From NCBI GenBank assembly GCA_964106915.2, contig OZ066929.1: 64,000 bases of DNA; one strand, given 5' to 3'. A program made the position numbers and the translations under genes. Each line of letters starts with the position of its first letter. The first letter of the stretch is position 1. Below are positions 35,794 through 50,064 of this stretch, piece by piece. This DNA comes from Podarcis gaigeae (taxonomy: Eukaryota). The notes beneath the pieces were generated by a model. That model did no database searches. It worked only from the letters and a program-made list of their open reading frames with translations, and was not told the DNA's origin.

Positions 35794-36621
35794 TATAACC
35801 AGCTTATAACCTGGTTTGGAGCAAAAGGATGTCTGATAGCATCTGGGGCTTGTTAGCAGCTCCATGGGTAGGGGTCGGTCTCTCCCCCCCTCCCCCATGT
35901 GTGTGTGTGCGTGCGCCTATGAGAAAATAATTGAGAGTCATGCCAACTATTCTGAATTGGCTCTACACAGGCAAGGAGAATTACATTGGATGGTCAGTTA
36001 GTCCGTTAACATTAGTCCATGAGCAAACTGCTTTTTGAACTCCCCTCTCTCCGGTACACTTCCCCCATGAAAGTCTTTGTACGTTCTTGTGACGGCACTG
36101 GAGGTGACTATCTCTCTTTTCCAATATGCTGGTTGCCCTTTTACTCTACTTTATTTCTATGTAATCTAATTTTGCTCATCCATATTACTTTAACATAATT
36201 CACTCCCAGACAGAATGGAAGAGCCACACGCAGTAATAGAATGTGAAACGTTTATTAGATTTAGTGTGGTGAGACCTAAATAGCCCAGGACCAGAGAGAT
36301 GTGGTGTCTTCCTTCAATTTATTGCCCTGTCATCCACTCTTGTACACTGGGCAGTGCCCATCACAAAGGGTGGGGTTTCAGCTATGGGACACAAGAGCCC
36401 AGCACACATGAGCAATTTGAATGCACACAGCTGTAGTCTGGAAGCTGAGATTCAGAAGCAGTCATCCCAAAACAAAACACATATCTAGAAGGAAAATCGA
36501 CTTCAAGAGGTTTTGCTCACAGGTCTCTGTTACACTGTAGGGCTTTTGATTTTGCTGTATCCAACTAGGTTATAATCACAATGGACCACTGAAATGGACC
36601 CACAATGGACCTACTGAGTTA

Positions 36622-36837
36622 GGGCTCATTCCCACTTCTGTTTGCCCCATTGCTTCCCCCCGAAAAAACCCAGTTTAGTGCTGAATGGGAACAAATAGCA
36701 ATCTGGATTTCAGCAGATTGGTTTGATTTAATGCTAAAGGGCAGGCTTTTTGGGGGGAGTGGAGAAGCAGTGGGGCAAAGGCAAAACCACTCAGACCTGT
36801 GCCTAGGTACAGAATAAGCAGAAGTGTGGACAAGCCC
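36622..36837. mobile_element. PIF/Harbinger-like MITE. Related ends near 9753 and 45750-45768.
   Basis: GGGCTCATTCCCACTTCTG ... CAGAAGTGTGGACAAGCCC inverted ends, preceded by TTA. Confidence 0.6.
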
Positions 36838-39037
36838 AAGTCATGTCTATTAACTTTGAAAGGTCTACTCAGGCTTACATGGAGGGAGCTTTTGCCCAGC
36901 CTTCTCAAATATTGCTTCCCTCCAGATGTTGTGTGGCTCCAACTCTCATCAGCCACAACAGCTGTCATGGCCAATGGTCAGGGATGATGTGATTTGGAGT
37001 GCAACCAGGATGGAAAGGGCTGTTTCAGGGGTTTATCTTCTGACCCAATTCTTGCCTTCCATTGTATGGGGGTTCCCTGGCCCTCAAACCACTTGTGAGT
37101 GAAATTTAAAGCTGAAGGATCCCAGAACAACTGGAGGAGACATCAGCTGGTTCTATGCCAAACTCAAGTTGGCCCTTGGATTTGTCTCAGACGTCTGCCC
37201 TGCAATGCTGGGATTCATCAGAGCACACCTTCCTCTGAGCCTTGCGAGCTGGGGATCTTTTTGTTCCGTACTATAAATGCCTCTCCATCACAACTACGGT
37301 ACACATTCTCTCTTGGACTCCAGAATCTGTGAGCATTGTGGTCTTTCGTGATAAGTAATGAGCCATTAGGGAAGGCATAATTGGATGCTGGCTCACTTCC
37401 ACGGACAAGCTTGCCGGAGCTTCCTGGCCTAACAAGTCCAGGTCAGAGAAGGATTTCAAGAGGTTTGACCTAATGTGTGCAATTTCCAAATTGCAGCCAT
37501 TAGTTGGAAGGAAAACAATCACCATAATAGAACAAGTGCTCAGTCCAGCATAGCCAAAACATTCCTCCATACCTCTACTCCTGCAAATGTTTAATTTGTT
37601 AAAACTCTTTAGTGGTCCAGCACTACAAAACTGGCTTCCTTTCAGGGGTGGCTGGACCACAGAGCTGTTTGATGCATGTGCCTATCTGTCCCCACATAGA
37701 GAATTTTAAAACCACAATGATCCTGCGGAAAGGACTCAGTCTCCTTAAGATAGCAGCAGCAGTATTCTTCCTTGGCAGCACACAAAGACAGTGGAGACTT
37801 GTTCACACACCCTGTTGTCCCACTGTTGTCTCTCCTCCCAAACCCAAGAAAACTGTCAGAGCTCAATCAGAGCAAACAGCCATTTAGATTTTCTCAAGAT
37901 TGACATTTGCTCTGATTTAGCATTAAAGAGTGGGCTCCCCCTGGGAAAGGAGCAGGGCAAGAGAAAGAACACTACGACCTGTGCTTTCCAGGCACTGGAC
38001 AATCTGTTACTAAATATTTTAATGTGAGCCCATCTAATTTGCATTTCCCAAGCCCAGGTTAGAGAACGTGTGAGCTGAAATGCAGCTGCCATGTGAAACT
38101 CACTCTTCCCTGCACTTCTCCAGTCAAAAAGTGCACATATCAAGGAAAAGTGTGGACCGAAATGTGGATATTTGAAAGAAAAAAAGGAGTGTACAAAAAT
38201 GCTTTATATTAGGCAAAATTGCATACAAAAATATGTCAATTAGAACAAATCTGTGCAAGAATGCATACACTGGCATTTAAAAAATGGAAACCTGCTTGAA
38301 TTTTGCCTGTTGTCTATGTGGTGGTTCTTTCAGCACTAAGTGAAAACGACTTCTTTCTTTCCTCAGGCTTTTCAGGCTTTTCTTTTTGGTGTTTCAGTGA
38401 TCTTTTGTACTGTCACTGGTTTTCATTTTATTCCACTATTGCTTTTATTTTGTTCTACATTTTATGTTTTACATCCGACTTTTACAACTTAATAGTTTTA
38501 AATTTTGACTTCAGTCTTATACTAGGCCTCGTAGCCACAGGCAAGAAGGAACTGAGTGCAGGCAAGGGAGTGGGTTGGTGGATAAAGGCCAGAGTGCCTT
38601 CCACACTCCATTGGACCCAGTACAGGAATGTAGCAGACTGCTATAGGGGGGAAAAACAGGACTTCTCTGCCCCTTGCTTCTTCTAGCCCCAGCAGGCTAC
38701 TATGGGGGAAGGCAGACTAGTAACTTTTGTTAGCTTCAAGTCTCTTTTATTTGTGTCCAGAGAACTTGCAACTGTGAGATAAATAAATATTCCAAACCAG
38801 AGCCCTGCTGACAGAGGTCATATAGCGGTTAAGGTGTGCAAACCGCATCCGGAACATTACCCTTGCAAAAGGGCCATACCTTGCCTGCTTTTTTGTTTTT
38901 TTAATGCATAAAATTTAAGACTTTGCCTTCCTGCTTTCTTTTTAGGCTGATGAATTTTTGATGTGTCTTATTGATTGTCAGCTTATGTTTTCTAAGCTTT
39001 TAGGCTGTAAGCCACCATGGCATCCCTTCCAAAAAAA

Positions 39038-39097
39038 GAAGAAGAAGAAGAAGAAGAAGAAGAAGAAGAAGAAGAAGAAGAAGAAGAAGAAGAAGAA
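39038..39097 (+). repeat. (GAA)20 microsatellite
   Basis: Read directly, preceded by an A7 run. Confidence 0.98.
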
Positions 39098-40069
39098 ATA
39101 ACTTTGAAAGGTCCCAGGTTCAATTCCTGGCATCTCTACTTAAACATGGTCTCCAGTAGCTTGGTTCTCTCCAAAACCAACATTGTGCCAGGGCTGAAGA
39201 TTGTCTCATTCAGAGATGTAATTGCTGCTTCAACATCCAATGTTGTTGCAGGGCTGGTATTCATTGTAGGAGTCTACATTATGCCACTCTTGATTTTGAA
39301 AGGTACATATCAGCCCCATGGTCCCAGTCTAGATCAACCTTCTCCAAACTGGAACCTGCAAGTTGTTGTTGGACTACTACTCCAAATATCCCTGACAACT
39401 GGCCATAGATTGTAACCTACCTTCCCAGAGGCCAACCAGATGTTTCAAAGCAGTTTCAATCACCTGTTGATAGCCCAGCTATCCTCCACAATTTTGTCTA
39501 ATATTTTCCCAAAGCCATGTAAGTTATTGCGGCAAGGAGGTCCATAAGGTAACTATAGCTACTTTCTTTTGCCTTTCCTAGTCCTTTTTGGGTTCCTTCT
39601 GCTAAAAAAAAAGGGGAGTTGGGATGCACCACCTAAAACTCAAATGGTTTTTCTTCAGAGTGCTGACAAGAAGAAACCTGTTTCCTTTACACTTGATTTA
39701 CTTTCTCCCACATCAAGACGGACATTGTTTGCTCCTATAAATAAGCCTCTGCTGACAGTCACTGATCCAGCCTTTAAAAATTTCAATGTCTTGTTTGAAA
39801 GATGCTGCTAAAGGACAACAGGTTGACAATGGGACTGATTGCACAGCTGGATCAACTGAGGGGAGGGAGAGAACAAGGGGGTGTGATTTGGTGGGGCTTT
39901 GGCCCATGTTTCTGGAGAGAAAGGAAGTAGTGAGACTTGGATACCAGCAGGATGGGAAAATCCTGGGTATCAGCTGTTCAGATGGGCAAATTCTGAGCTT
40001 TCAAATCTTGGGGCCTCCAAAATACTGGAATTTAGTTGTTACAAGAACTGTCAACAGATTTAATATAGG

Positions 40070-40084
40070 TTAATAATAATAACA

Positions 40085-40118
<34 letters not shown>

Positions 40119-40120
40119 AC
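40070..40120 (+). repeat. Compound (TAA)n(CAA)n(CTA)n microsatellite. A similar compound triplet repeat lies at about 27298-27357.
   Basis: Read directly. Confidence 0.9.
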
Positions 40121-41997
40121 AAAAGGAGATAGTCTTCTTTGAAGTGTGGCACCCTAGATGGCTTCATAATCAAAAGCTACCACCCGCAGGATAAATATTG
40201 AGGTAAATGTAAATTGCCACAAACAGCTGCCACACATACGGTTTTTCCCTTGTGTGGTAATACTGGCTAGAACATTCCTGTGTTTTGTTCTGCTTTCCCC
40301 TGCATCAGCTGGTGGCAGCAGCGAGTGGAATGAATACAGAATATTGTGGTGTAAGGGAAGTCAAGCACTATGGAAGGAGGAGGTAGACACACCTTATCTG
40401 TTTTTGACAGAAGCCACGAGCTTATCATAATCTCCAGTTAGAAGGAAAGGGCATGTTAAATATCTTCAATGATGTAGCCATTTAGGGGGTGAAGGAAGAC
40501 AAGTTTAAACAAACTGGGCCTAAGGAGTGAGAATATAAAAGTAGCTTATAGCAAAGGCGTATCCATACTTCACCTTGTCCTGCTGCTTCTCTCCACCCCA
40601 AAGGGAAAACCGGTCTTTATTGCTCAATCAGAACAAGCAGCAAGGGGTTTTCTGTAGGTTGCTGTTTGTTCCAGTTTAAAGCTAAAGAGTGGGTGTTCCC
40701 TGGGAAAGGAGCGGAGCAAGGGGGAGACCACACAGACCCTGTGTTTTCCAGGCAAGGACAAGAAGAAGTGTGGATGAGGTCCAAGTCAGTCCACTGGTCT
40801 ATGTAGTCCAATTCCGTATATTCTGACTGGCACCAACTCTTTAGGGTTCTAAACAGGGGTCATTCCCAAAGGTTAGCTGTATAATGCTTTTAACATGCTG
40901 CAGACTGAAATTGAGAATGTCTACTTATTTTATTTCTTTAATTAGAACCTTTACATGCCAACCCTCACACCATTTAGGGTTATAGGGCAGCGAACAACCA
41001 AATTCTATGGCAGTCACACCAAGGTGTCACTGGCAAGCTGATGCCAGGATAGTTCGAAACCTAGAGAGTCAGGAATTTAAATCCTGACCAAAAGAGCCAG
41101 CACTCTCAGGAAATGTTATTTAGTTTTCTCCCCAACCCAGGCTATAAAATTGTACAATCCTCCTCACTGCTCCTTATCATAATAGCGGTTATGCAGGAGA
41201 CACTGTACATGCTAAGCTTATAGCAGTCTTTCCTAACCTAATGCCCCCTATGGGGGCTGGTGGTGGGCTGATGCAAGTTGTAGTCCAAAGCAGCTGGCGG
41301 GCACTATGTCAGGCATGGCTGGCTTACAGAATACAAAAGATGATCCTTCAGCCTCAGTTCCAGGTCTGGGGGGAATGGGTAATATATGAGGATAGGAAGC
41401 ATTCTCCAACTGGGAGCAGCATGCACAGCACATCAGAAACAACAGCCTGGAAGCAAGCCCTGTCTGATCTGTCCACTGAACCCATCCATTTGCGATAAAC
41501 TCCCTGTCATTTAAGGCATTAAGCTCCCATAAGGCCACTTGGCAGGCCTTCCCCATTCTTCTTCCAATCACATTTGTCCAAGCTTTGCTACCCATATTAA
41601 TTCATTAGAGATTCAATTTCCCAATTCATAAAATCAGCCTTACATTTGGAAAGCGTCTCCTGGGGAAATGGATGGCTTTTGCTATCTGAAGTGACTCAGC
41701 TGTGGCGTGCCACGGAAAGGGCCTTGCGCCGTCTCCTGACAGCATAGCAGCAGTCAAAGGCAATCCATTGCTCAAATTCATTGCCTGGCCCAATCTCACA
41801 GTCTACATTGCAAGGCAATAAATAAATAAATAATGCGGATGGGAACCGGAGGCAAGGACTCTCGCAGCAGCCTAATATCGCAGAGGGCAATTCAGAGGGC
41901 AAGGAAACTCATCAGCACTAGTGCAAGGCTACTGGTGTGGCAAGTAACATCACCTGGTCACAGGCTGCTGGCTTCAAACCCACCCCTCCCCCATTTA

Positions 41998-42341
41998 CTG
42001 TATTGGCGTGAATATAAGCTGCACACAAATATAAGCCGCACCTTTAAAATTGGAGGGGGGCAGAATTTTTTTAAAAAAATACCCGAATATAAGCCACTCC
42101 ATTCCTTGCTGCTCCTAGCTGCATACTGGGGGGAGGGGGTGTGCTGTGTTGCTGGTGGCCATTCCCCTTCCAAGCCTTGGGGGAGAGTGCACAGGGGGGG
42201 GGTGTCGCTTTGCCACGCTCCTGGTGCTGTTTGCCCCACACACCTGGCTGCATACCGTAAGGTCACGAATATAAACCACACTTTAACTTTTCACGGTTGG
42301 AATTTGGGCGAATAGTGAGGCTTATATTCAGGCCAATACGG
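41998..42341. mobile_element. pogo-like MITE
   Basis: TA|CTGTATTGGCGTGAATATAAGC ... GCTTATATTCAGGCCAATACGG|TA. Confidence 0.85.
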
Positions 42342-44829
42342 TATTTTTAAAATCTGCAGGTGAATTAGTAGAGGAGGCACCCAGGACTTCTCTTATTTGA
42401 GTTCCCCATAGCCCTTCAAATCAGCTGCTTTTCCCATCTGCAGAGTAGCACACTAGGAGTCCTACTTGAAGAGGCAGAGGGGGGCAGGCAGAGGAGACAA
42501 ACGGAGCCATTCTATCCCACAAGGCTTGCACGTGAGAATTTACTCACTGGATTGCACCCTGCATTAATCAGCCTGTGTCAACTGGACTTTCTGCCTCAAG
42601 CGCCAAAATACTTTGAGTCAGCAAGTATGTTTGCAGTCCCCAAGCATTCACTGTCACAAACTAAGCAGAATTTCCCAGCCCCGTTTGAGTAGCTGTGAAG
42701 CCATTATTCACTTCCAAATGACCTGCCTTCTTCCCTTCTTTTAATGTTTTCTCCTGCTGTTTGACTGAATGGTGCTGCATCCAGGAACATCTCCCATTGC
42801 GACAACCTGGTGGGTACATTTCACTCTCATGATGGTCACTACATCACACGGACGGATAGAAAGGAAGATTCCTCCCCAGTCCCTTTTCAGGTGAGACTGG
42901 CTAATGAGAATGGGGACCCTCTTGTGTGTAGTTGGATCAGTTCTCTGGAGCTCCTCCTCTGCAGGCACTTGAGTTCAGTGACAAAGCACACACTTTGCAT
43001 GCAGAAGGTTCACGTTTCAGTCCTTGCCATCTTTAGTTAAAAGGATCTCCAAAGAGAGGTGGTTGGGAAAGACTGACAGAAAAGCAAGTAGATGAAACTG
43101 TGGGCTGTCTCATCTCTCGGTAGCAAATTTAAAGTTAAAGAGGAACCCCTGGGCTGCAATCTAGGAATCCAAAAACCGTGTAGGTAGGAATGGAATGCCA
43201 AGTTGCCTGCACAGAAAGTGCAGGAGCTGCATGCCACCCAACTTTTTCAGGCCCTAAACCAGGATGAGTGAGTCATGTGACTTGTGCCTCACTCCTGCTC
43301 CCCCCAATGTGCTTTTTAGGTGCTGTGCAAGATCGTGGTCCCCCCCCCCCCACAAAAAAGCACCTTTTCAGGGCGAGAGCACAGCATGAGAGCACACAAA
43401 AGTGCAGCACCGAAAATGGCTGCTGAGATCTCACCAAAAACCCAAGATGTCCCATTTTTTCCCATGGCACTTGGAAGGTATGGAGTTGTTCTCCGTGGGA
43501 CACAGACTGAGTGCTCCTTCTATAAGGAAATGGAAGAAGCAGTCACATTGCATCAAACAACAACATGCATCCCAACCATGGTCGTCTACTGCACCTGCTG
43601 GCCTGCGACAAAATTAACTATTGTCAAGACAAACCCAAAAACATTTCAGAAAATGGGAAATGTAAGTAAATATTTGCAAAAACTGTCTGATTTCCAGCAT
43701 AAGTTCCAACATGAAGAATGAAGACTCCTCTCAATGCAGAGTCCTGGACCAGAAATTCCAGAAACCCTGCTCTCTACAGAATGCCACCCGCTCCCATCCC
43801 TGCTTGTTTAAATAGCAACCATTAATCTCTTGCTCAAAGCTAATTCTGTGTCTCATCCTCTTCCCAGGGGAGAACGGCTAAGTGCAGTTCTTCTGTTTCC
43901 TTTTAAATATTTGCTAATGCAGCCTCTTAGCACACGCGTACATGGGGAAGAAAAGATCGCCCACAGAAGTCAAAGCATAAGGAAACAAAGCACTGCATTT
44001 GAAACAAAAGTGCGGAAGCTTGTGGCAGATTCTGTGAATCTTGCGAGTGACATCGGTTCATCGGTATGGAAAGAAACACACCTACTGGATCATTCCAGTT
44101 GAATAACTGCATTTCCAGGGACCATTGGTTGGAATTCAAAATGGCTGCTTCCTGCATTAGAAATCACATTTACTATATTTGCCAGTTAAACTGTAACAAC
44201 TAAAAAAACCAAAAAACCCACCATGCTTCCTTTAATAGGGAAATCTGACTAGGTGTTTCTGGATGCTTTTGGCTGAAATTTTGTTGTTACTTTTCTCAGC
44301 TTCTCTGCAGATAACCTCCAAATTGTGTTATGTTTCTGATCTTTAATTTGCAGGGGAGGAATCTATTTTTAATCCAATTTTGATATAGTCTTACAAGTTC
44401 CGGGAAGAAAGATATTCTGGAAATGATCCACCAGGATCCCCCCCCCCCAATCATCACATACTTCCAACACCTCAGACTGGCAATCACATACATGTAAATC
44501 AACAAGGACTGGTCTCTATAGCGAGTAACAAAACTATTTTTAGGACAAGCCAGATTTATGCACCTTGCTGGAGCTGCTCAACCATTTTTGATACAACCTT
44601 GGCCACCAGGAGTTATTGGCATATATTTGTTCCAATTAAAGCAAGTGCTATAGCAGTCCTATAAAAGTTGCAGAGAAGGGAAGCTAGGTGAGGTAGAGGG
44701 TAATGTATTGCTCATGAATGGCTATATCTGCACTGCAGCTTAAGGCTGCAATACTTGCATACTTGCCCCACAGTTCAAGGATCACAGAATACACTGGAGC
44801 ATGCATCTAACTAAATGTGCACAAAAATA

Positions 44830-45061
44830 CAATGAAACCTCGGTTGTCGAACACTTCAGAAGTCAATTGTTTCGGCTTTCGAATGCCAACAACCTGGAAG
44901 TGAATGCTTCCATTTTCAAACGCGCCTTGGAAGTCAAACAGCTTCCAAGGCGCGTTTCTCCATTGCAATTGCCAACCGGCAATTGCGCCTCAGTTATTGA
45001 ATGTTTTGGAACTTGAACAGTCTTCTGGAATGGATTACGTTCGACAACCGAGCTTCCACTG
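44830..45061. mobile_element. Tigger-like MITE
   Basis: TA|CAATGAAACCTCGGTTGTCGAAC ... GTTCGACAACCGAGCTTCCACTG|TA, with an internal hairpin aaacgcgccttggaag/cttccaaggcgcgttt. Confidence 0.8.
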
Positions 45062-45133
45062 TATAAGAAGAGCCCTGCTGGATCGGACACAAAGGCCATC
45101 AAATTTCCCATAGTGGCCAACTAGATTCCTGTA

Positions 45134-45375
45134 CAGTGGTACCTTGGTTCTTGGATGGCTTCGCTCCCGAACAAATTGGCTCCCGAATGCTGCAAACCCA
45201 GAAGTAAATGTTCTAGTTTGCAAACATTTTTCGGAAGCCGAACATCTGGCATGGCTTCTGCTTAAGTGCAGGAAGCTGCTGCAGCCAATCAGAAGCCACG
45301 CCTTGGTTTTCAAATGGTTTTGGGAGTCAAACAGACTCCTGGAACGGATTAAGTTGAAGAACCAAGATACCACTG
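45134..45375. mobile_element. Tigger-like MITE
   Basis: TA|CAGTGGTACCTTGGTTCTT ... AAGAACCAAGATACCACTG|TA. Confidence 0.88.
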
Positions 45376-48300
45376 TAGGAAGATTACAAGGAGTGTTTGT
45401 TCTCTTCCAGTGACTCATTTGCAGAGTCATTAATAAAAAGATTGTAAACAGTCCTGGAAAGATTTGACACTAGGACATGGGGAAGGGCTTTTCTGTAGCT
45501 GTGCCTATCTTGCAGAATTCCTTACATCTCAGGAGATTGTTAGGCCCACTTTAAAATTATCTTTATCTGCTTCAACTAGCTCAGGTTTAATTGTTGTCAT
45601 TGTTTCTGTCCTATTATTTTACTTACATTGGGGGGAGGGAATGTATAAACATTGTAAAATAATTGTAAAAACAATTGTTTTTAATACGATGCAATTGTGA
45701 AATTTAAACTGCTGTGGGCCACTCTCAGTGTGGTGGTTAAGGACAGGAGAAAGTGTGGATAAGCCCTTAGACTAAGCCAAACATGGGGAATGTGGCTGAT
45801 ATGTGTCATAGAGATGAGGATCGGGGTACCCCCTGTGTTTGTTTTACCAAACTCTTGAACATAGATAGAAAGGTGCCTAGATTAAGTGGCTATAGAGCCA
45901 CTCATTTTCCCTTTAGAGAGGTAAAAGTCACAGGTATTTTCTGGAACCCTTGCCGAAATTTGTCAGGGGGAAATGATCAACTGGAGAAAAAAGAAGCAGA
46001 CATAAGCCATCTTACATTTCTAGGGCAGACATATCCTCCAAGTTACAAGCTATGAAAGTTGCTTGCCAGCTGAAGAACAGCATAACTTTCCATCAAACAA
46101 AACCAGGAGGAAAATCACCCACAGCCAGCATTGTGCCATCAGCTCAGCATTTACTGTGGCCCCTTGCACACATCACAAAAACAAGATCCAAAAAAAGTCA
46201 AAGTCATTATGTTGAGGGGGGTAGACGGGCAGTTTTGACATGGCTAAAACTCTTCATCATCTCTAGGCAATTATTAGACCGGAACACTGGGCTGGGCACT
46301 CGCCATCTGCTTGACTGTTTTCTGCACAAAGCCAGAGACAGTAATCAGTGGGCAAAATTTTATCCCCCGCTGGTGGACACAATTGCAGCAAGAGCAGCCC
46401 TTTCCTCGCCTAGGAAAACAGCAAGCCAAACGAAGCAGAGGCAATTTTCAAGGCGCTCTCCTTGTCCAGGGACACACCATTGCCTTTGTCATAAAGAGAT
46501 ACAATTCGGCTCTCGGTATGACAGCTACCTTAGCCGACCCTGTATGCTGCGGCAGTCTAGTGTCTAGACAAATGCACGGGTGTGTGTCCTTATTTAAGAA
46601 CTGGAGATCGTTAAGTGATGCAGATCTTCCTGCATCCCTTATCTTGGGTCCCAGAGAGCGATTTAATCATGCAGTGTCCCAGATATGTAAAGAAGGATAA
46701 AAGAATACTTCTATCTCCCCCCGCATAAGAATCGGAAGAAAGCATTTTGCATATTAAATAACCTCCTCTGCCCAAGCTTCCTAATCCATCTAATCCCCAC
46801 CCCCATCCCGGACGTGAAAGGGCAAGGAGGACGAATTAATGGGTTTGTATCAAAACAAAATCGGAGCTAAACCAGGGAACCACGGAGCCTTGTTCATTTC
46901 CATTTCCTCATTAACAGCATCAGGTCTCCGGGCTTAGCGGGGCCAGGCTGCCTCCATACAAGAGGCTTAAACTCTCAAGCCATTTAAAAAATGATCACTC
47001 CAAAAGGTAATCCTTCGACAAAATGCAACAGGGCACTGGAGATCCTGCCAAATGACCCAGTGACCCAGCTAAATACAGGAGCCCCCCCCCCCCAGCCTTC
47101 AACCTAGCCTTCAACCTAGTTCTTGCCAAGGTGAGTCAACCTGTTTCTGGACTGTACCATATCAGGCTGCGGGGGGGGGGGGGACATCTGGTGAACACCA
47201 AGACAACTAGACATCAAAGAAAAGGATTTTGCCTTAGCCCTCTCATTGACATACCCGGTTTCTTGGAGCAGGGAAACTTAGCTATGCATGTAGCGGTGCA
47301 AACCAGATCTCAGTGACAACCAAGCCTCATTTAGTGGGGTCCACATTCAGACCCATTTTGAAAGCTCATGGTGGAGCTGCAGTTACTTTTTAAGCATGAA
47401 ATTGAATTCTGCAAGCAGATCTCTAATAATATCCTACTCAGTGATTCTGCAGGGTTGGGGGGGGGGTTGGGGGTGCTAAAGCTATGGAGTGGTGAAACAG
47501 GTGGTTGACACAATCGTTCTTGATAGTCCTCTCTGTCGTTCTGGAGCCCAAGGAGCAATTTGATAGTCTGAGGATCTCTGGACTATGAAACAGGCCAGGC
47601 AAAGTGTGGCAGTGCGGGCTGCAAAAGGACTCATTTTGCAGCTCACATTGTGTCCTCTAATAGCTGGCCAGCAGAATTATTCCTGATAGTCCAGAGGTTA
47701 CTGACTCCTAATATGGGGAAAGGAACTTCTGGATCACTCGAATATCTGCTGCAACCAACTGGCTACACACTGTGGGAATGAAGTTGCATGACTCTGGTGT
47801 GATCTTGATTCTGCGTTTTTATTTTTATTTTTTTGCAGCTCTAGCTGAAGGACTCAGTGTCATTATTTAAGATGTTTTGCGGGATTTTGATTTACCTTAT
47901 ATAATCAGCACCCCCAACCCCTGTCCCTCCTGGTTATTAAATCTAACAGAGGAGGGCTAAATGTTTGGGTCCAGAGCGTAGCTAACCCTTCACTGTGCAA
48001 GGAGGTGGTCCCTGCTACATTGAAACAGGCAGTAGTGAGACCACTCCCAAAGAAACCATCGCTGGACCCTCTGGATTGAAACAACTATCAGCCATTTGCC
48101 CATATACCCTTTGGGGGGAAGGTGGTGGAGAGGACCATAGTGGGGCAGCAGCTAGCATTATTCCCCATCCCTTGTTTACCATACCCTACCAAAGCCCAAG
48201 TACTTCCAACTCAAATAGAGGCATATTGTTTTACTGACTGCACCTGCCTCCATATCCCTCCTCTTCCTTTGTTGTCTTTATCCATTACAAGCTCCTTGGG

Positions 48301-50064
48301 GTAGCAACTGATCCTCTTATACTTAGCGAAACACAGTGTACATTTAAGGTGTTATATAACAGACTGAAAGATCTAAAGTAAAATCTATACTTCCATTTTA
48401 CTCACGGAAGATCCCAGGTTCAGTTCCCAGCATCTCCAGGTAAAAGCATATCAGAAAGCTAGGCTAGGAAACACAGATGACTGAGGTATTTGAACTTTGT
48501 GAATTCTTACACAAACTGACCCATCCTGGACCTAATAAATTATAGATCAAAACTTAGTCATCTACTGGTTTTCTCTTTTTCTCAAATGTTTTGATGCATT
48601 TTAAAGCAGAAAAATAAATTTAGAAATGCTTATTTCGATAGAAAACATGCTTAGAGAAGCTACTTTAATTGTGAATTTTCTTCAAATTGCAGATTTATGC
48701 AGAAATGAAGCAGAACAGCCTTTTGGGTGAACATAGGCAAAAGTGATATTGACTGGAAGTAGACTGATTCTGTTATCACTTCTATGAACTATGACCCACC
48801 TGAGTAGGCAATAGAAACCAAGACAGGTAGAACCTGCACTGCATACGTGAATGAGGGTCTTTCTAGCCTCTTTCAAGTTTGAAGTTCTGCCAAGCTATGC
48901 GACTGAAAAACAAATCCCTAAGCAAACCTTTGTTCACAATGGACCAGGCTCAACAAATCAAAAGGGTGAACTCAGTAAGCCCATTTCTTACTAAGAAAGA
49001 GCTTCATGTTATCATTTCTTCCTCCAGAAATAATACCTGCTCAGCTTTGCTAAATCTACCTAAAAGTGAAACCTTTATTCTGCTGGAAGTCAAATATGAA
49101 ACACCAACTGACAATTTCTTATACCTGATGACCAGAAATAAAATAACTGTTGGAAAGTAAGGGGAAAGTGGAAATGTCCTTTGAAGGCCCTACTGTCCAT
49201 TTCAAAAAGTCACATAATTCTTACTCAGAAAAATCAGCCTGCTACCATTTCAACACAATAACCTTTCCCAAACAGCAAATGTCATAATTTATTTCTCCTT
49301 TTGATTCATACTTCCACTATCAAGGCGCTCACTTTTATATTGAATAGTGCAGTGGTCCATGAATTCTAACATTAAAGCACTCTGGACATTTTCTCTCCCA
49401 TATGTGTGACTCCCTCCCCAGTTTTTTTGGGGGGGAGAGGAATATATATTTCCATGACATAGTCTTCGCTGCTTTGCTTAGAAAACTTTTGCTTTCTCCA
49501 TAAAAGGTTAGTAATAGGAATGGATTAGTACTATAGTATTAGGTCACGGTTGTGACCCTTTGAGCAAGCTGTATCTCATTATGCTTTTATGATGTGGAAG
49601 GGTCAGTTGAGTCTATAGATTGATTTGAAGCTTGTCAGTGTAGGAGAGAAACATGTGAGGATGGCCCACGCTTCATTTGGAATAAAAAGAATACAAACTG
49701 GTTCATTTTGAACGACTGAAATATTTGACAAGACATGTTGATATGCACTGTGTGCTTTTCTTCCATAGGGTTTCAACTCATGAGCTGGGGTGGCTTTTCC
49801 ACATTCCAAGTACCCAACCCAACTGGTAACCAATACCACCCACACAGGAAAATGATAGGGGCTTTTACTTGTGTCCCAGGTTCAATCCCCAGCATCTCCA
49901 GGCAGGGCTGGAAACGCCCCATGCCTGAAACCATGGCAAGGAGGTGCTGCTTTCACCACCAGTATGATGTTAATAGCAGGGGCAGGGGAAAATGTGTGTG
50001 TGTGTTGGGGGCCCATTGTTGGCAAAGTGCCAATTCCCACCTGCAGAGACCCAGGAGTGGTCAG

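Noticed and set aside
39017-39415. Poly-Glu protein ORF
   Set aside because: Translation of the (GAA)20 microsatellite plus repeat fragments.
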